Below, piece after piece: positions 42,136 through 51,711 of a stretch of 64,000 nt of DNA. This stretch comes from an uncultured Thermoplasmata archaeon (GTDB lineage: Archaea > Thermoplasmatota > Thermoplasmata > Lutacidiplasmatales > UBA184). The stretch is taken from the NCBI GenBank assembly GCA_963715645.1, contig OY970259.1, positions 815,889 to 879,888 of the forward strand, read 5' to 3'. Numbering within the stretch: position 1 is the first letter of the stretch; the number at the start of each line of letters is the position of its first letter. A model generated the notes under the pieces. The model saw only the letters and a program-made list of their open reading frames with translations. It had not been told where the DNA came from and ran no database searches. The translations under genes were made by a program, and so were the position numbers.

Positions 42136-43272
42136 ATGGGAAGCCCGTCGCTCTCCGACGACCCTGCGACGACCCGCGCGCTGCTCGACCTCGTCTCCGC
42201 CCGCGCGGAGCCGGATGGGTTCATCCCGTTCGACCGGTACATGGAGACAGCCCTGTACGCGGAGCCCGGTGGGTACTACGCACGCCGGCGCACCCCGCTC
42301 GGCGCCGGCGGGGATTTCTACACAGCCTCCCATGTCACGCCCCTCTTCTCCGCGGCCTTCGCGGAGCGCCTCCTCGCGATCCGCTCGCGGCTGGGCCGCG
42401 GACGCCCGTTCCATCTCGTCGAGCTGGGACCGGGGGACGGCTCGCTGCTGCAAGGGATCGTGGCCAGCCTCGCCCGGTCCCCTGGGGAGGCCGATGGCCT
42501 CGAGCTGGTGCTCGTCGAGCGGTCCTCGTCCCTGCGTGCGCTCTCGCTCGAACGAGTCCGGGCCGCGGCCGAACCCCTCGGGATCCGGGTAAGTGCGCCG
42601 GAGTCACTCTCCTCCCTCGGACCGTTCGAGGGGGTCGTGGTCGCCAACGAGTTCCTGGACGCCCAGCCCGTACGGCGCCTCCGACGGCACGGCGACGGTT
42701 GGCTCGAGCTGGGAATCCGCCTCCGAGGCGGGAGGGCGGAGCCGGCGGAGGCTCCGCTCGCCGCTGCGGTTCCCGGGCCGCCGCTCCCGTCCCCCGTTCC
42801 CGACGGCACCGTCGTCGAGGTGGCTCCGCGAGCCGAGGCACTGGTCCGAGAGGTGGCGGACCACCTCGTCCACGGGGCTCTGCTCGTCGACGACTACGGC
42901 ATGGAGGAGCGCGAGCTGGTCGCGGGCCATCCGCGCGGCACCCTCGACGGGGTGCGGAACCACCGCGCCGGATGGGATCCCCTCCAGGAACCCGGGTCGG
43001 CCGACCTCTCGGCCTTCGTCAACTTCACCCGGGTGCGCTCGGTCGCGGCCGCCGCGGGCCTCGCCCTCCTGTCGGACCGGTCCCAATCGGAGACGCTGGG
43101 GGAGTGGGGGTTCGTCCGTCTCTTCGACGCCGCCCTCCGGGCCGCGTCCGCTGGAGAGGCCGAGGTGCGGCTACGGCTGGCGGTGAAGAATCTGCTGTTC
43201 GGGTTCGACCGATTCCGGATCCTGGAGTTCGTACCGGCCCGCGACCGGGACCTGTGGTCCGCGCCTACGTGA
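42136..43272 (+). CDS. SAM-dependent methyltransferase, MidA/NDUFAF7 family
   Basis: FDRYMETALY..GYY, GDFYTA, VELGPGDG, ANEFLDAQP, DYG, DLSAFVNF. Confidence 0.88.
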   Translation: MGSPSLSDDPATTRALLDLVSARAEPDGFIPFDRYMETALYAEPGGYYARRRTPLGAGGDFYTASHVTPLFSAAFAERLLAIRSRLGRGRPFHLVELGPGDGSLLQGIVASLARSPGEADGLELVLVERSSSLRALSLERVRAAAEPLGIRVSAPESLSSLGPFEGVVVANEFLDAQPVRRLRRHGDGWLELGIRLRGGRAEPAEAPLAAAVPGPPLPSPVPDGTVVEVAPRAEALVREVADHLVHGALLVDDYGMEERELVAGHPRGTLDGVRNHRAGWDPLQEPGSADLSAFVNFTRVRSVAAAAGLALLSDRSQSETLGEWGFVRLFDAALRAASAGEAEVRLRLAVKNLLFGFDRFRILEFVPARDRDLWSAPT

Positions 43273-43936
43273 CCGGTGGGGCATTCGACCCCGGTGCGAT
43301 CGGTTCCGCGACCTTGGCGGCCACCAGGAGCCGCGCCTTGTCCTCCGGGAGAGAGAGGATGTCCTCCGTCCGCAGGTCGATGGTCTCGGCCCCGACCTCG
43401 ATCGGCCGTCCGTCCTTGACCACTCGAACGTAGGCGGTCGGGGGCACGACCGGCGCCCTCGACGGGGATGGGGCCGCCGCCGAGGTCGGGGCGGAGGCGG
43501 GCGCGGGGATGGGTGCCCCAGCGGGAGGGCTGGCGGGGGCCGACGTCGCCGGGGGGGCCTCCAGAAAGGGGGTGATCCGGCGCCGAGAATCGAGCAGGGT
43601 CGCGACAATGCGGTCGTAGATGGCGCGTTCGTCCGGGAGCGCGTTCGGGAGCTCCCGGCTCCCTCCGATGCTGGCCTGGAACGCGGCCGCGAGGACCTTC
43701 TGCGTGCGCCCCTCCACGATGTCCCGCGCGACCTGGCTCGCCCGCTGGTACGTCTGTCGTGCCATGTCCCCCTTGCGGCCCGACGGATTCTCCCGCAGGT
43801 CCGATTCGTAGGAGCGGCGCACGTCGGCGAGGTAGCCCACGGTGACCGAGTAGAAGTCGTGGGGGAGCTTGGCCAGACCTCGGGTCGCTGCCTCACTCCG
43901 TCTCCATTCGAGCAAGAGCGAGAAGTGGTCGGGCAC
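43265..43936 (-). CDS. DNA replication GINS subunit (Gins51-like)
   Basis: LAKLPHDFY helical A domain, Pro/Ala linker, B domain DLRTEDILSLP..A..L. Confidence 0.75.
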   Translation of the reverse strand: MPDHFSLLLEWRRSEAATRGLAKLPHDFYSVTVGYLADVRRSYESDLRENPSGRKGDMARQTYQRASQVARDIVEGRTQKVLAAAFQASIGGSRELPNALPDERAIYDRIVATLLDSRRRITPFLEAPPATSAPASPPAGAPIPAPASAPTSAAAPSPSRAPVVPPTAYVRVVKDGRPIEVGAETIDLRTEDILSLPEDKARLLVAAKVAEPIAPGSNAPPVT

Positions 43937-44039
43937 GGATCCTCGAGGGACGCCCCCACCGCCGAAGGACTATAGGAGGTGTGCGGTCTCCGTTCCTGGC
44001 GCCGGAGGTGGGTGGGTCCCCGCTCGCGCCGGAGAGCGG

Positions 44040-44507
44040 ATGCGGGAAGGGAACGATACCTCCGCCACCCTGGACCGGTTCGTCGACCTCTGGCAACGGT
44101 TACGGTCGGCGAGCGCCGAGGCTGGGACGGTCGTGCTGGTCGAGGGCGAACGGGACCGTCGCTCGGTCCGACGATTGGGGCTCCCCGGCACTGTCGCCAC
44201 GTTGCACGCGGGACGAACCCTCGCCGAGACCGCCCAGGCCCTGATCCGGCGGGGGAGGCGGGTGGTGATCCTCACCGACTGGGACACGGAGGGCGGCCAT
44301 CTCGCCCACCGGCTCGCGGGATTCCTGACGGCGGAGCGGCTGGAGCTCGACCTCGACACTCGACGCCGGCTCGCCCGGGTCCTCCGCGGCGAGATCGTCC
44401 ACGTCGAGGGCCTCTACGGTTGGGCGCGTCGGCTCGCCGAGAGCGACGGCGCCTCGATCGAGCAGCTCCTAGACGAGGCCGACGGCGAGGAAGCCGCTAC
44501 GGGATGA
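44040..44507 (+). CDS. Small TOPRIM-domain protein (RNase M5-like)
   Basis: VLVEGERD, ILTDWDTEG, VEGL. Confidence 0.85.
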   Translation: MREGNDTSATLDRFVDLWQRLRSASAEAGTVVLVEGERDRRSVRRLGLPGTVATLHAGRTLAETAQALIRRGRRVVILTDWDTEGGHLAHRLAGFLTAERLELDLDTRRRLARVLRGEIVHVEGLYGWARRLAESDGASIEQLLDEADGEEAATG

Positions 44508-45111
44508 CCTTCATCTGGGTCCGTCGGGTCGGGCGGCGGTTGGCTGCACGCGAAGGTCGGTACCGCTCCGCTCCCTTGCCCTTCCAGCGCAGGCCGCGGC
44601 CTTGCCGGCCCGCGCTCGTGAGCCCACGGTAGGCTCGCCCCTTCTGCGACGGGGCCGCGATCCAGTTGATCTTCGGGTCGGCGAGGATCTCCGGGTGCGA
44701 CGGGTCGACCAGGATGACCTCGTAGAACTTCTGCTTCCCGTCCTCGCCGACCCAGTACCAGTTCAGCACCTCGAGGTTCGGGTAGTGCTTGCCGGCGCGT
44801 TCCTCGGCAATGCGCTTCAGGCTCTTCGCCAGCGTCATGCGGAGGATCCCCTTGTGCTTGGGACGGCGGCCGGCGATGATCGCCCGCTTGCGCTGCCCCC
44901 CTCGGCGGACGCGCACGCGGACGACCAGGTAGCCGCCTTTGGCGCGGAAGCCGACCGCACGGGCACGGTCCAACCGGGTGGGGTGCTCGAGGCGGGTGAC
45001 CGTGTTCTCGCGGCGCCAGGCGAGGAGGCGTTCGTGGCGCCGCTCGGCGCCCTCGTCCCCGAGGGTTTCCCGGAAGGACCCGGCCATGTAGCGATAGACG
45101 GACGTCGTCAT
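44497..45111 (-). CDS. rpl15e: 50S ribosomal protein L15e
   Basis: PTRLDRAR, IAEERA, YPNLEVLN, RGLTSAG. Confidence 0.96.
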   Translation of the reverse strand: MTTSVYRYMAGSFRETLGDEGAERRHERLLAWRRENTVTRLEHPTRLDRARAVGFRAKGGYLVVRVRVRRGGQRKRAIIAGRRPKHKGILRMTLAKSLKRIAEERAGKHYPNLEVLNWYWVGEDGKQKFYEVILVDPSHPEILADPKINWIAAPSQKGRAYRGLTSAGRQGRGLRWKGKGAERYRPSRAANRRPTRRTQMKVIP

Positions 45112-45139
45112 CGAGCGGGGCGGGGGACCCGGGTGCCGA

Positions 45140-45583
45140 TTATAAAGCTGCCGGCGGCGAACCTGAGTCGGGGAGGTTCCCGGTCGTTGGGTTCGTCCAT
45201 GGGAGGTGGGGGGTCGTGGGGCGGACGACCTTCGCGGTCGCGTGGCTCTCGGTATGGACGGCCCGCTCGAGATGGCTCTCCATCTCCCGGACCAGTCGGT
45301 CCATGCGCGGTCGCTGGTCGGGGGGGACTTCGCGCGGCGCTTCCCACACGATCGCGGCGCCGCCGCTGGTCGGGTACAACCGGAACACTAACGAGTTTGC
45401 CGCCGGGGGCACGGAGGGGCTCATCCGGTCGAGCTGACCCGTGACCCGGGTCCCCGCTGGCTCGGTCGCCTCACTCCGCGCCACGCGGTAGCCGATCGAA
45501 CCGAGATACTCCTCGAGGTATCCCGCGAACCGTTCCCGTCCGATGCCGCGGGCTCGTAGCCAGTCGCCATTCCCTTCAGCCAT
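45140..45583 (-). CDS. Hypothetical protein
   Basis: Clean ORF in operon orientation between trmJ-like gene and rpl15e. Confidence 0.55.
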   Translation of the reverse strand: MAEGNGDWLRARGIGRERFAGYLEEYLGSIGYRVARSEATEPAGTRVTGQLDRMSPSVPPAANSLVFRLYPTSGGAAIVWEAPREVPPDQRPRMDRLVREMESHLERAVHTESHATAKVVRPTTPHLPWTNPTTGNLPDSGSPPAAL

Positions 45584-46313
45584 GGGGTTTCCTGTCCAGT
45601 GCGCGCTCGAAGCTCTTGAAGAGCCCGAGCATCATCCGGTATTCCGCCTCGGTAGGCGTCGACCGGCCCAGTACGCGACGAAACAGGAGGATTAAACTCC
45701 GTCGTTTGTGCGCGGGGTAGCCCGTACGGACCAGCAACTCCCCGACCCGCTCGAGAAACAGCTCCTTTTCGGTGCCGTTCAGCTCGAGCTCCTCCGGCGC
45801 CGGCGTGGTCTCGGGGTCGGTGGTCCCGCGCGCCCGGTGCGTCGCGTACAGGACGATCGCCGCCGCATGGGAGAGGTTCAGCGTCGGGAACTCACGACGG
45901 GCGGGGATGTGGACGAGCAGGTCGCATCGGGCGAGCTCCGTACGGGAGAGGCCGTTGTCCTCGGGGCCGAACACGAGCGCGACGTGCCCGTTCAATGTCC
46001 GCAGCATCTCCCCGAACCGCTCCGGGCTGACCGAGCGGCGGAGGTAGGCATTGGAACGACCGGTCGACATGTCGGTGGTCCCGACCACCAGGTCGGCTCC
46101 GGCCAGTGCCTCGTCGAACGAGCGGAAGGTGGCGGCCTTCTTCAACAACGACAGACCGCCCATCGCGCGACGGTTCGCCTCGGGCCCGACCTTCGCGCGG
46201 GGACTGACGAGGAGGAGCCGGTCCGCGCCGAAGTTCCGGGCCACGCGCGCCACTGCGCCGACGTTGCCGTCCTCCTTCGGCCGGACCAGGACCACGTCGA
46301 GGTGGGCCGTCAC
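45576..46313 (-). CDS. trmJ: SPOUT RNA methyltransferase, TrmJ/TrmH family
   Basis: VVLVRP...GNVGAVAR...NFG, FGPEDNGL, LNLSHA. Confidence 0.85.
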   Translation of the reverse strand: MTAHLDVVLVRPKEDGNVGAVARVARNFGADRLLLVSPRAKVGPEANRRAMGGLSLLKKAATFRSFDEALAGADLVVGTTDMSTGRSNAYLRRSVSPERFGEMLRTLNGHVALVFGPEDNGLSRTELARCDLLVHIPARREFPTLNLSHAAAIVLYATHRARGTTDPETTPAPEELELNGTEKELFLERVGELLVRTGYPAHKRRSLILLFRRVLGRSTPTEAEYRMMLGLFKSFERALDRKPHG

Positions 46314-47353
46314 CCGGCGGTCCCCTCCGTGAACAGCCGCTGGACCATCCAATCCGGGTCGAACGGCACGAGGTCGCCGTACCGCTGGCCGGTGCCGACG
46401 AACAGGATCGGCTTCTTGGTGATGAAGGCGAGGCTCAGCGCCGCGCCCCCCTTCGTGTCGGCGTCCATCTTGGTCACCACGAGTCCGTCGATCCCGAGGG
46501 CCTTGTCGAAGAGGCGTGCCTGCTCGATGACGTCGTGTCCGCTGAGCGCGTCCCCGACGAACAGGGTTAATTGGGGGTTCACGACACGGCGGATCTTCTT
46601 CGCCTCCTCGATGAGATTCTCGTTGGTATGCTGACGGCCGGCGGTGTCCACCAGCACAACGTCTACCCCCTTCGAGCGCGCGTGGTCGACCGCGTCGAAC
46701 GCGACGGCGGCCGGGTCGCTCCCCTCGCGCTGGCGGATCACCCGGACCCCGATCCGCTCGCCGTGGACCAGCAACTGCTCGATCGCACCGGCCCGGAAGG
46801 TATCGCTGGCGGCGATCACGACGGAAAGTCCGTGCGTGCGGAGCCACCCGGCGAGCTTCGCGAGCGTGGTCGTCTTGCCGGTCCCGTTGACGCCGACGAA
46901 GAGGATGATGTACGGTTTCGGGGTCGCTGCGCGGACGTTCGCCGCGAGGTCGATGGGGGGTCGCGCGAGGATCGAACGGACCGTCCCTTGTAGGCAGGTC
47001 TTGATCGCCTCCTCGGCGTCGACTCCGAACCTAAGCTTTCGGCCTGCGAGCTGCTTCCTGAGGTCCCTCCGCATCCGCTCGACGACCGGCAACGCGACGT
47101 CCGACTGGAGCAGGACTACCTCGAGGTCGTCGAAGACCTCGTCCACAGTCGCCTCCTGGAGCCGCTTTCCGAAGAATCCCTCGGCGAAGATCCCCTCGGG
47201 GGCCGGCTCTACGCCCGTCGGGCGGGCCGGTGCGCTGGCGGGGGAGGACGAGGTCGGCGCGGATCCGGGACCAGGCGAGGGGGAGGCGGTCGGGGCCGGG
47301 GGCTGCCCCGGCTCCTCCGGCCGACGAAGACGCGCCTTAAGTGCGGCCCACAT
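46310..47353 (-). CDS. ftsY: SRP receptor FtsY
   Basis: GVNGTGKTT, DTFRAGA, DTAGR, TKMDAD.KGG, GTGQ. Confidence 0.95.
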   Translation of the reverse strand: MWAALKARLRRPEEPGQPPAPTASPSPGPGSAPTSSSPASAPARPTGVEPAPEGIFAEGFFGKRLQEATVDEVFDDLEVVLLQSDVALPVVERMRRDLRKQLAGRKLRFGVDAEEAIKTCLQGTVRSILARPPIDLAANVRAATPKPYIILFVGVNGTGKTTTLAKLAGWLRTHGLSVVIAASDTFRAGAIEQLLVHGERIGVRVIRQREGSDPAAVAFDAVDHARSKGVDVVLVDTAGRQHTNENLIEEAKKIRRVVNPQLTLFVGDALSGHDVIEQARLFDKALGIDGLVVTKMDADTKGGAALSLAFITKKPILFVGTGQRYGDLVPFDPDWMVQRLFTEGTAG

Positions 47354-47807
47354 GCGACGCCCCCGCCGCACCGCGGGAGACTGCGTCCAACCGTCGGGAG
47401 AGCAGCTGGATCCGCTCGTCGACCGACGCGGCCTGGCCCTCGAGGTCACGGATCGCCTGCTCAATCTTGCTGGCTCGCTCGCCCAGCAACTCGAGGGCCT
47501 TGGCGCGGTCCATCTCCACGACCACGCCCGAGCCGATCCCGAGCATCACGGGCGCCTCCTTGACGACGGAGCCGCGCACGAACGCCTCACCCCCGAGGGG
47601 GAGAATGAACTCGGTCCCCGGGGCGGCCCGGTCCACGCCCTCGAGGCTCTCTCGGGCCCGGAGGTGCTCGACCCGCGAGCCCGAGAGGATATCGTGCTGC
47701 TGGACAATCGCCTGGAGCTGGTTCCGGTAGGCTTCGAGACGCATCAGGTCCTCTTGGACCTCCTGGTCTTCCCCCTCAGGTCCCGTCGCCGCCCCCCGGT
47801 CCGCCAC
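47337..47807 (-). CDS. pfdA: Prefoldin alpha subunit
   Basis: Coiled coils flanking ILPLGG...GIGSGVVVE; upstream of ftsY. Confidence 0.9.
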   Translation of the reverse strand: MADRGAATGPEGEDQEVQEDLMRLEAYRNQLQAIVQQHDILSGSRVEHLRARESLEGVDRAAPGTEFILPLGGEAFVRGSVVKEAPVMLGIGSGVVVEMDRAKALELLGERASKIEQAIRDLEGQAASVDERIQLLSRRLDAVSRGAAGASHVGRT

Positions 47808-48029
47808 ACCTAGGCGAAGGGCGCCCCGCCTTAACGCTTAGGCATCGCGGGGACTCACTAGGAGCCCAGAGAGAGCGCTTCGGCCGGAGGGCATGTCCCG
47901 GCGTACCCGGCATGGTTTCGGCCACGCAGCCGAGTGTCGCGACGTGGCGGGAAGAGCGCCCTTCACCCCACCGACCTCGAGCACGGACCGGGGAAACGTT
48001 TTTGGGCTCGCGGATGAGGTCGAGGGAGG

Positions 48030-48704
48030 ATGCCCGGAAACGCTTCGGCGGCCCCCTATGGCTTCGTGGTGTGGATCGAGGGGCGCGCTGGCACTGGGAA
48101 GTCGACGATATCGCGAGAGGTCGGCGTCCGGTTGAAGGCCCTCGGGTGGAAGACCGAGATCCTCGACGGCCGGCGGATCCTGCGCCCGTTCCTCCACTCG
48201 TATCGCCCCTCCGCGATCGCACTCGGTCGGGACCAGCCGTATCTCCTGGCGTGGTCCGCCTACGCACTCCTGTGGAACGCGCTCCGCCAGCTGCTCGTCC
48301 CTGAAATCGGCTTCTCGAGAGGCGACCGAGAGTTCCAGGCGCGACGAGTCCGCTACGCCGCGCGGATGCTCTCCCGAAGCGGGATCGCCGTGATCGTTGC
48401 GATGATTACCCCGTACGAGACCTCCCGTCGCGCAGCCCGGTCGGAAGTCGGGTCGCGCTTTGCCGAGGTCCTGCTCACGTCGCCGTTGGAGGTTCGCCGA
48501 CAGCGATACCCGAAGGAGGCCTACCAACGCACCCAGGCCCTCGCGGAGCAGAAGATGAGGGGGATCTACGCCCCGTTCGAGGAGCCGCCGCGGCCTGACC
48601 TCGTCGTAGATACGTCGACGGCCACTGTAGCGGAGTCCGCGGGCATGATCCTCAAGCACCTAGCGAGCGTCGGGCTCGTCGGCCCGCCCCCGGCCTCCCC
48701 GTAG
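48030..48704 (+). CDS. cysC: APS kinase paralog with 35-aa insertion
   Basis: GRAGTGKST, GFSRGDRE, IVAMITPYETSR, APFEEP. Confidence 0.75.
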   Translation: MPGNASAAPYGFVVWIEGRAGTGKSTISREVGVRLKALGWKTEILDGRRILRPFLHSYRPSAIALGRDQPYLLAWSAYALLWNALRQLLVPEIGFSRGDREFQARRVRYAARMLSRSGIAVIVAMITPYETSRRAARSEVGSRFAEVLLTSPLEVRRQRYPKEAYQRTQALAEQKMRGIYAPFEEPPRPDLVVDTSTATVAESAGMILKHLASVGLVGPPPASP

Positions 48705-48823
48705 CCCCGGGTCTCGCCCGCCGTCAGGTCGGAACCCGGGGGCATTCGCTGGAGGGAAGCATGGTCCTCCTGCCCGCCGAGTCGAGGACCCCCGGTCGCC
48801 CGAAGCGGGTCCCCCCGTCGCGA

Positions 48824-50537
48824 CTAGCGGACCGCAGTTCTGAGCGGCGCGGGGGCCGGGTCGTGGATGAATCGGTTGAGGAACTCTCGAAGCGCCGGTA
48901 ACCGTCGGCCCAGGACCCGTTCGACGCCCTCGAGGAGCACCAGATCGTCGCGGGAGAGGGTTCGGGTCGCCAGGATCGCGACGAGGTAGAGGGCTCCGCC
49001 GAAGAAGAACAACGGGATCACCAGGAACGGTGAATGGTCGAACGTAGTGGCGAGCAGCATGACGGGTCCCCCAATCGCAAGGGTGACTCCGAGCGGCAAC
49101 AGCAGAACCCGTCGGAAGGGAGTGATGTGGCAGAATTCGTAGAGCACGCTCAGGCCTAGGATGGGCAGCATCGCCCGCGCCACTCCCCAGGCGATCGCAG
49201 CCCCGATCAACCCATACTTCGGGATCAGGAGGAGGCTGAGGGTGATGTTGGTGACGGCGGAGGCCATGGAGGTCCACACGAGGACTTTCGCCTTGCCGAC
49301 CCCCGCAAGGGTGGACTGCACCGGACCCAGCATAGAAGCGAGGAAGGAGCTGAAGACCAAGATCTGGAGCGCCGAAGCGCCGGGCTCGTACCGATGCCCC
49401 CAGATCAACTCCATGGACGACTCGGGTGCGAAGGCGAACAGGAGGAAGAACGGGACGGTCACGACGAGGACCCAGCGGCTCGAGGTGATGTACGAGCCTC
49501 CGGACCCCCTCCAGGTCCCCGTCCGCGATCAGGCTGGCTGCGATGGGGAGAAAGATGAACGCGAGGGCCATGGTCCCGAAGAGGAGGATCCGAGCCAGGG
49601 TCATCGCGGCAGAGTAGTAGCCGACCTGTTGCGAGGGCCAGAAGACTCCGAGGATCAGGGTGTCAGCGTACGCGGTGATGAACACCAAGTTGTTCGCCCC
49701 CCAGAACGCGAATGTGTAGGTCCATAGACCGGGTCGCGGACGTCGCTTCGGGGGAGCGTCTCCCCGAAGGTGCTGCGGGAGGTTTCGCCAGGTGTACAGG
49801 GTCAGCAGACCCAAGGCAACTCCGTTTGAGGCCACGTACGCGAGGACGACACCCAGTACGCCGACGTGAAGGTCGATCAGCAGGACCAGGAAGAGGGCGA
49901 ACAGCGCCGCATTCGTCGCGTTGCCGATCAGGGCGTTCGGAACGACGTCCTTGAACCCTTGGAACACCCCCCCGATGGCGGTCGACAGGATGCCGAAGGC
50001 CACCGTGACCGACATTACCTCGAAGACGGGGACGAGGCCGGCGTTGTGGAACAGGTCGGCCAGCAGACCTGCGGAAAGGTAGACGGTCGTGGAGAGCGCG
50101 ACCGCGGAGATCGCCGAGACCCCCAACCCCCACCGGACGATGGCGCGTCGTTCGGCGGGATCCTTCTCGAAGGCGAGCGACCGGGCCATTGCCTGGCTGA
50201 GCCCGAGGAGACCTACCAGCGACAGAAGTCCCGTCACCGAGACCCCGAGGGTGTATTCTCCCCACTGAGGAACCGAAAGGACCCGAACCGCGACGATGTA
50301 GGCTACGAAGGTGAATACGAGCTGAGAGATCGACCCGATAAGGGAAACCACCGAGCCCTTCCCGATCGCACGCAGCGAGTGGTCGAGTTCGTCGGACCCG
50401 GAGACCGGCGGCACACGCGAGGGCTTGCCGTCCACGCCCGGAGGCGGAGCGGCGGGTTCGAGACCTTCCAAGTTCAGGTACCGCCCGAATGACCCGTTCC
50501 GGGGGAGAGAGCCGGTCTCGATGCTGTGAACTTCCAT
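48824..50537 (-). CDS. Oligosaccharide flippase (Wzx/RfbX, MOP family), frameshift near 49495
   Basis: About 14 TM segments, DTLILG, VGYYSAA, LIPKYGLIGAAIA. Confidence 0.88.
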
Positions 50538-50584
50538 CCCGGTCCCTCACCTAGTCAGGGCGCGATTTGGGGGGGGAATGTTAC

Positions 50585-50603
50585 GACATATAACCTGTAT
50601 GTC
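50585..50603 (-). promoter_or_regulatory. Palindromic site GACATA-N7-TATGTC overlapping TATA-like element upstream of flippase
   Basis: Perfect 6-bp arms; TTATAT on the minus strand about 50 nt before ATG 50537. Confidence 0.4.
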
Positions 50604-51187
50604 CGCCCGGCACTGAGGGGCCGCTGGTACCGTTCACGGACCTCCTTCGAGACGTTCCGGGGGTCCGGCCCACGTCAGTCAGTGTGACGGCGGGTCTCGG
50701 GCACATTTGGGGAGGCCGAATGTCGCACCTTCCAGTCGCGTCTGAGCATTCGCCCGGGGGGGATGCTGGGACCGTGCGCGCGTCGCCCCCGGGCCGTCGC
50801 AGGTTGTGAATGCTCAACACGTGACTGCCTGGGAGCCAGCGCACCCGCACAGATCACCGGATCGAGCTCTCGGGCCGCCCGAAGGGCCAGGACTGGGGTC
50901 CGGCCCTGCGTCACCCTCCGAGGCCCTTCCCGCCGGTTGCTTCGGAGCGAGCTCGGGGAAGGCGGCTGGTTGGAGGGAGCTTCGCAGGCGCCGACGGGAG
51001 GGCGCTGCCGGTCGCCGGTGCGGTGGAGCTCTGAGGAGTCGCTCTGCCCCGGGTCGGCGTGAGCGGGAACTCCAGGGCCGGATGGCAGCCGGACCGAGTT
51101 ATCGAGAACCCATGCGGGTCTTCCCCCAGTCCGAGAAGTACCAAGACGCCTGGGACGGAGCCGAGGCAAAGGTCTCTGGCGTTCCGC

Positions 51188-51370
51188 TTATCCCGCCGTT
51201 TCCTCGGCGACCGTGTCAATGCGGATCAGATGGCGTTTGACCCCGTGACATCCGCCGATCTCCGAGAGCGCCCAATGGAGAGCGTTCTCCATCGTGTCCG
51301 CCTCGTGCTGCTTCATGAACGGCTGCCAGTAGCCGCGCCGTGCGTAGAACGAGCCGTGGACCGTGTACAT
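51188..51370 (-). CDS. rpl18a: 50S ribosomal protein L18Ae/LX
   Basis: YTVHGSF...QPFMK...A....A...SEIG..HGVKR..I.I..V. Confidence 0.8.
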   Translation of the reverse strand: MYTVHGSFYARRGYWQPFMKQHEADTMENALHWALSEIGGCHGVKRHLIRIDTVAEETAG

Positions 51371-51468
51371 CGGGATGGTAAGCCTCAGCGTCGCGCCCAC
51401 TGGAGACCTCTTCTTAACCCTACCGGGCCGCGACGGACCGGGAGCCTCGGCACGGTAGGCCTCGGCCG

Positions 51469-51711
51469 TCACTTCTCGGGCGGTGGTGCGGGATCGGAGT
51501 CGCGAACCGCTTCCGCTCGTGCCCGCGCACTCAACCACCGTAACTTCCTCTCCCAAAGTGCGTCACTCGAGGATACGACCGGTGCGTAGGCCCGGGGCGG
51601 GGACGTCTCGGGCGCATCGGGCGGAAGGGGTTCCGGCCCTCCCGAAGGAGGGGACGGAGGAAGCTCCGCCGGAGCCGGGTCGGGGTCGCCGGCGAGCGTG
51701 CGCTGGTTCAC
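51469..51711 (-). CDS. Small Pro-rich hypothetical protein
   Basis: GTGA overlap with upstream THUMP gene stop; ends SDALWERKLRWLSARAR... Confidence 0.35.
   Translation of the reverse strand: MNQRTLAGDPDPAPAELPPSPPSGGPEPLPPDAPETSPPRAYAPVVSSSDALWERKLRWLSARARAEAVRDSDPAPPPEK

Noticed and set aside
50600..51180. RNase P/SRP RNA or glycosyltransferase remnant in the GC-rich gap
   Set aside because: Universal RNase P and SRP motifs were not found, and protein similarity was too weak to support
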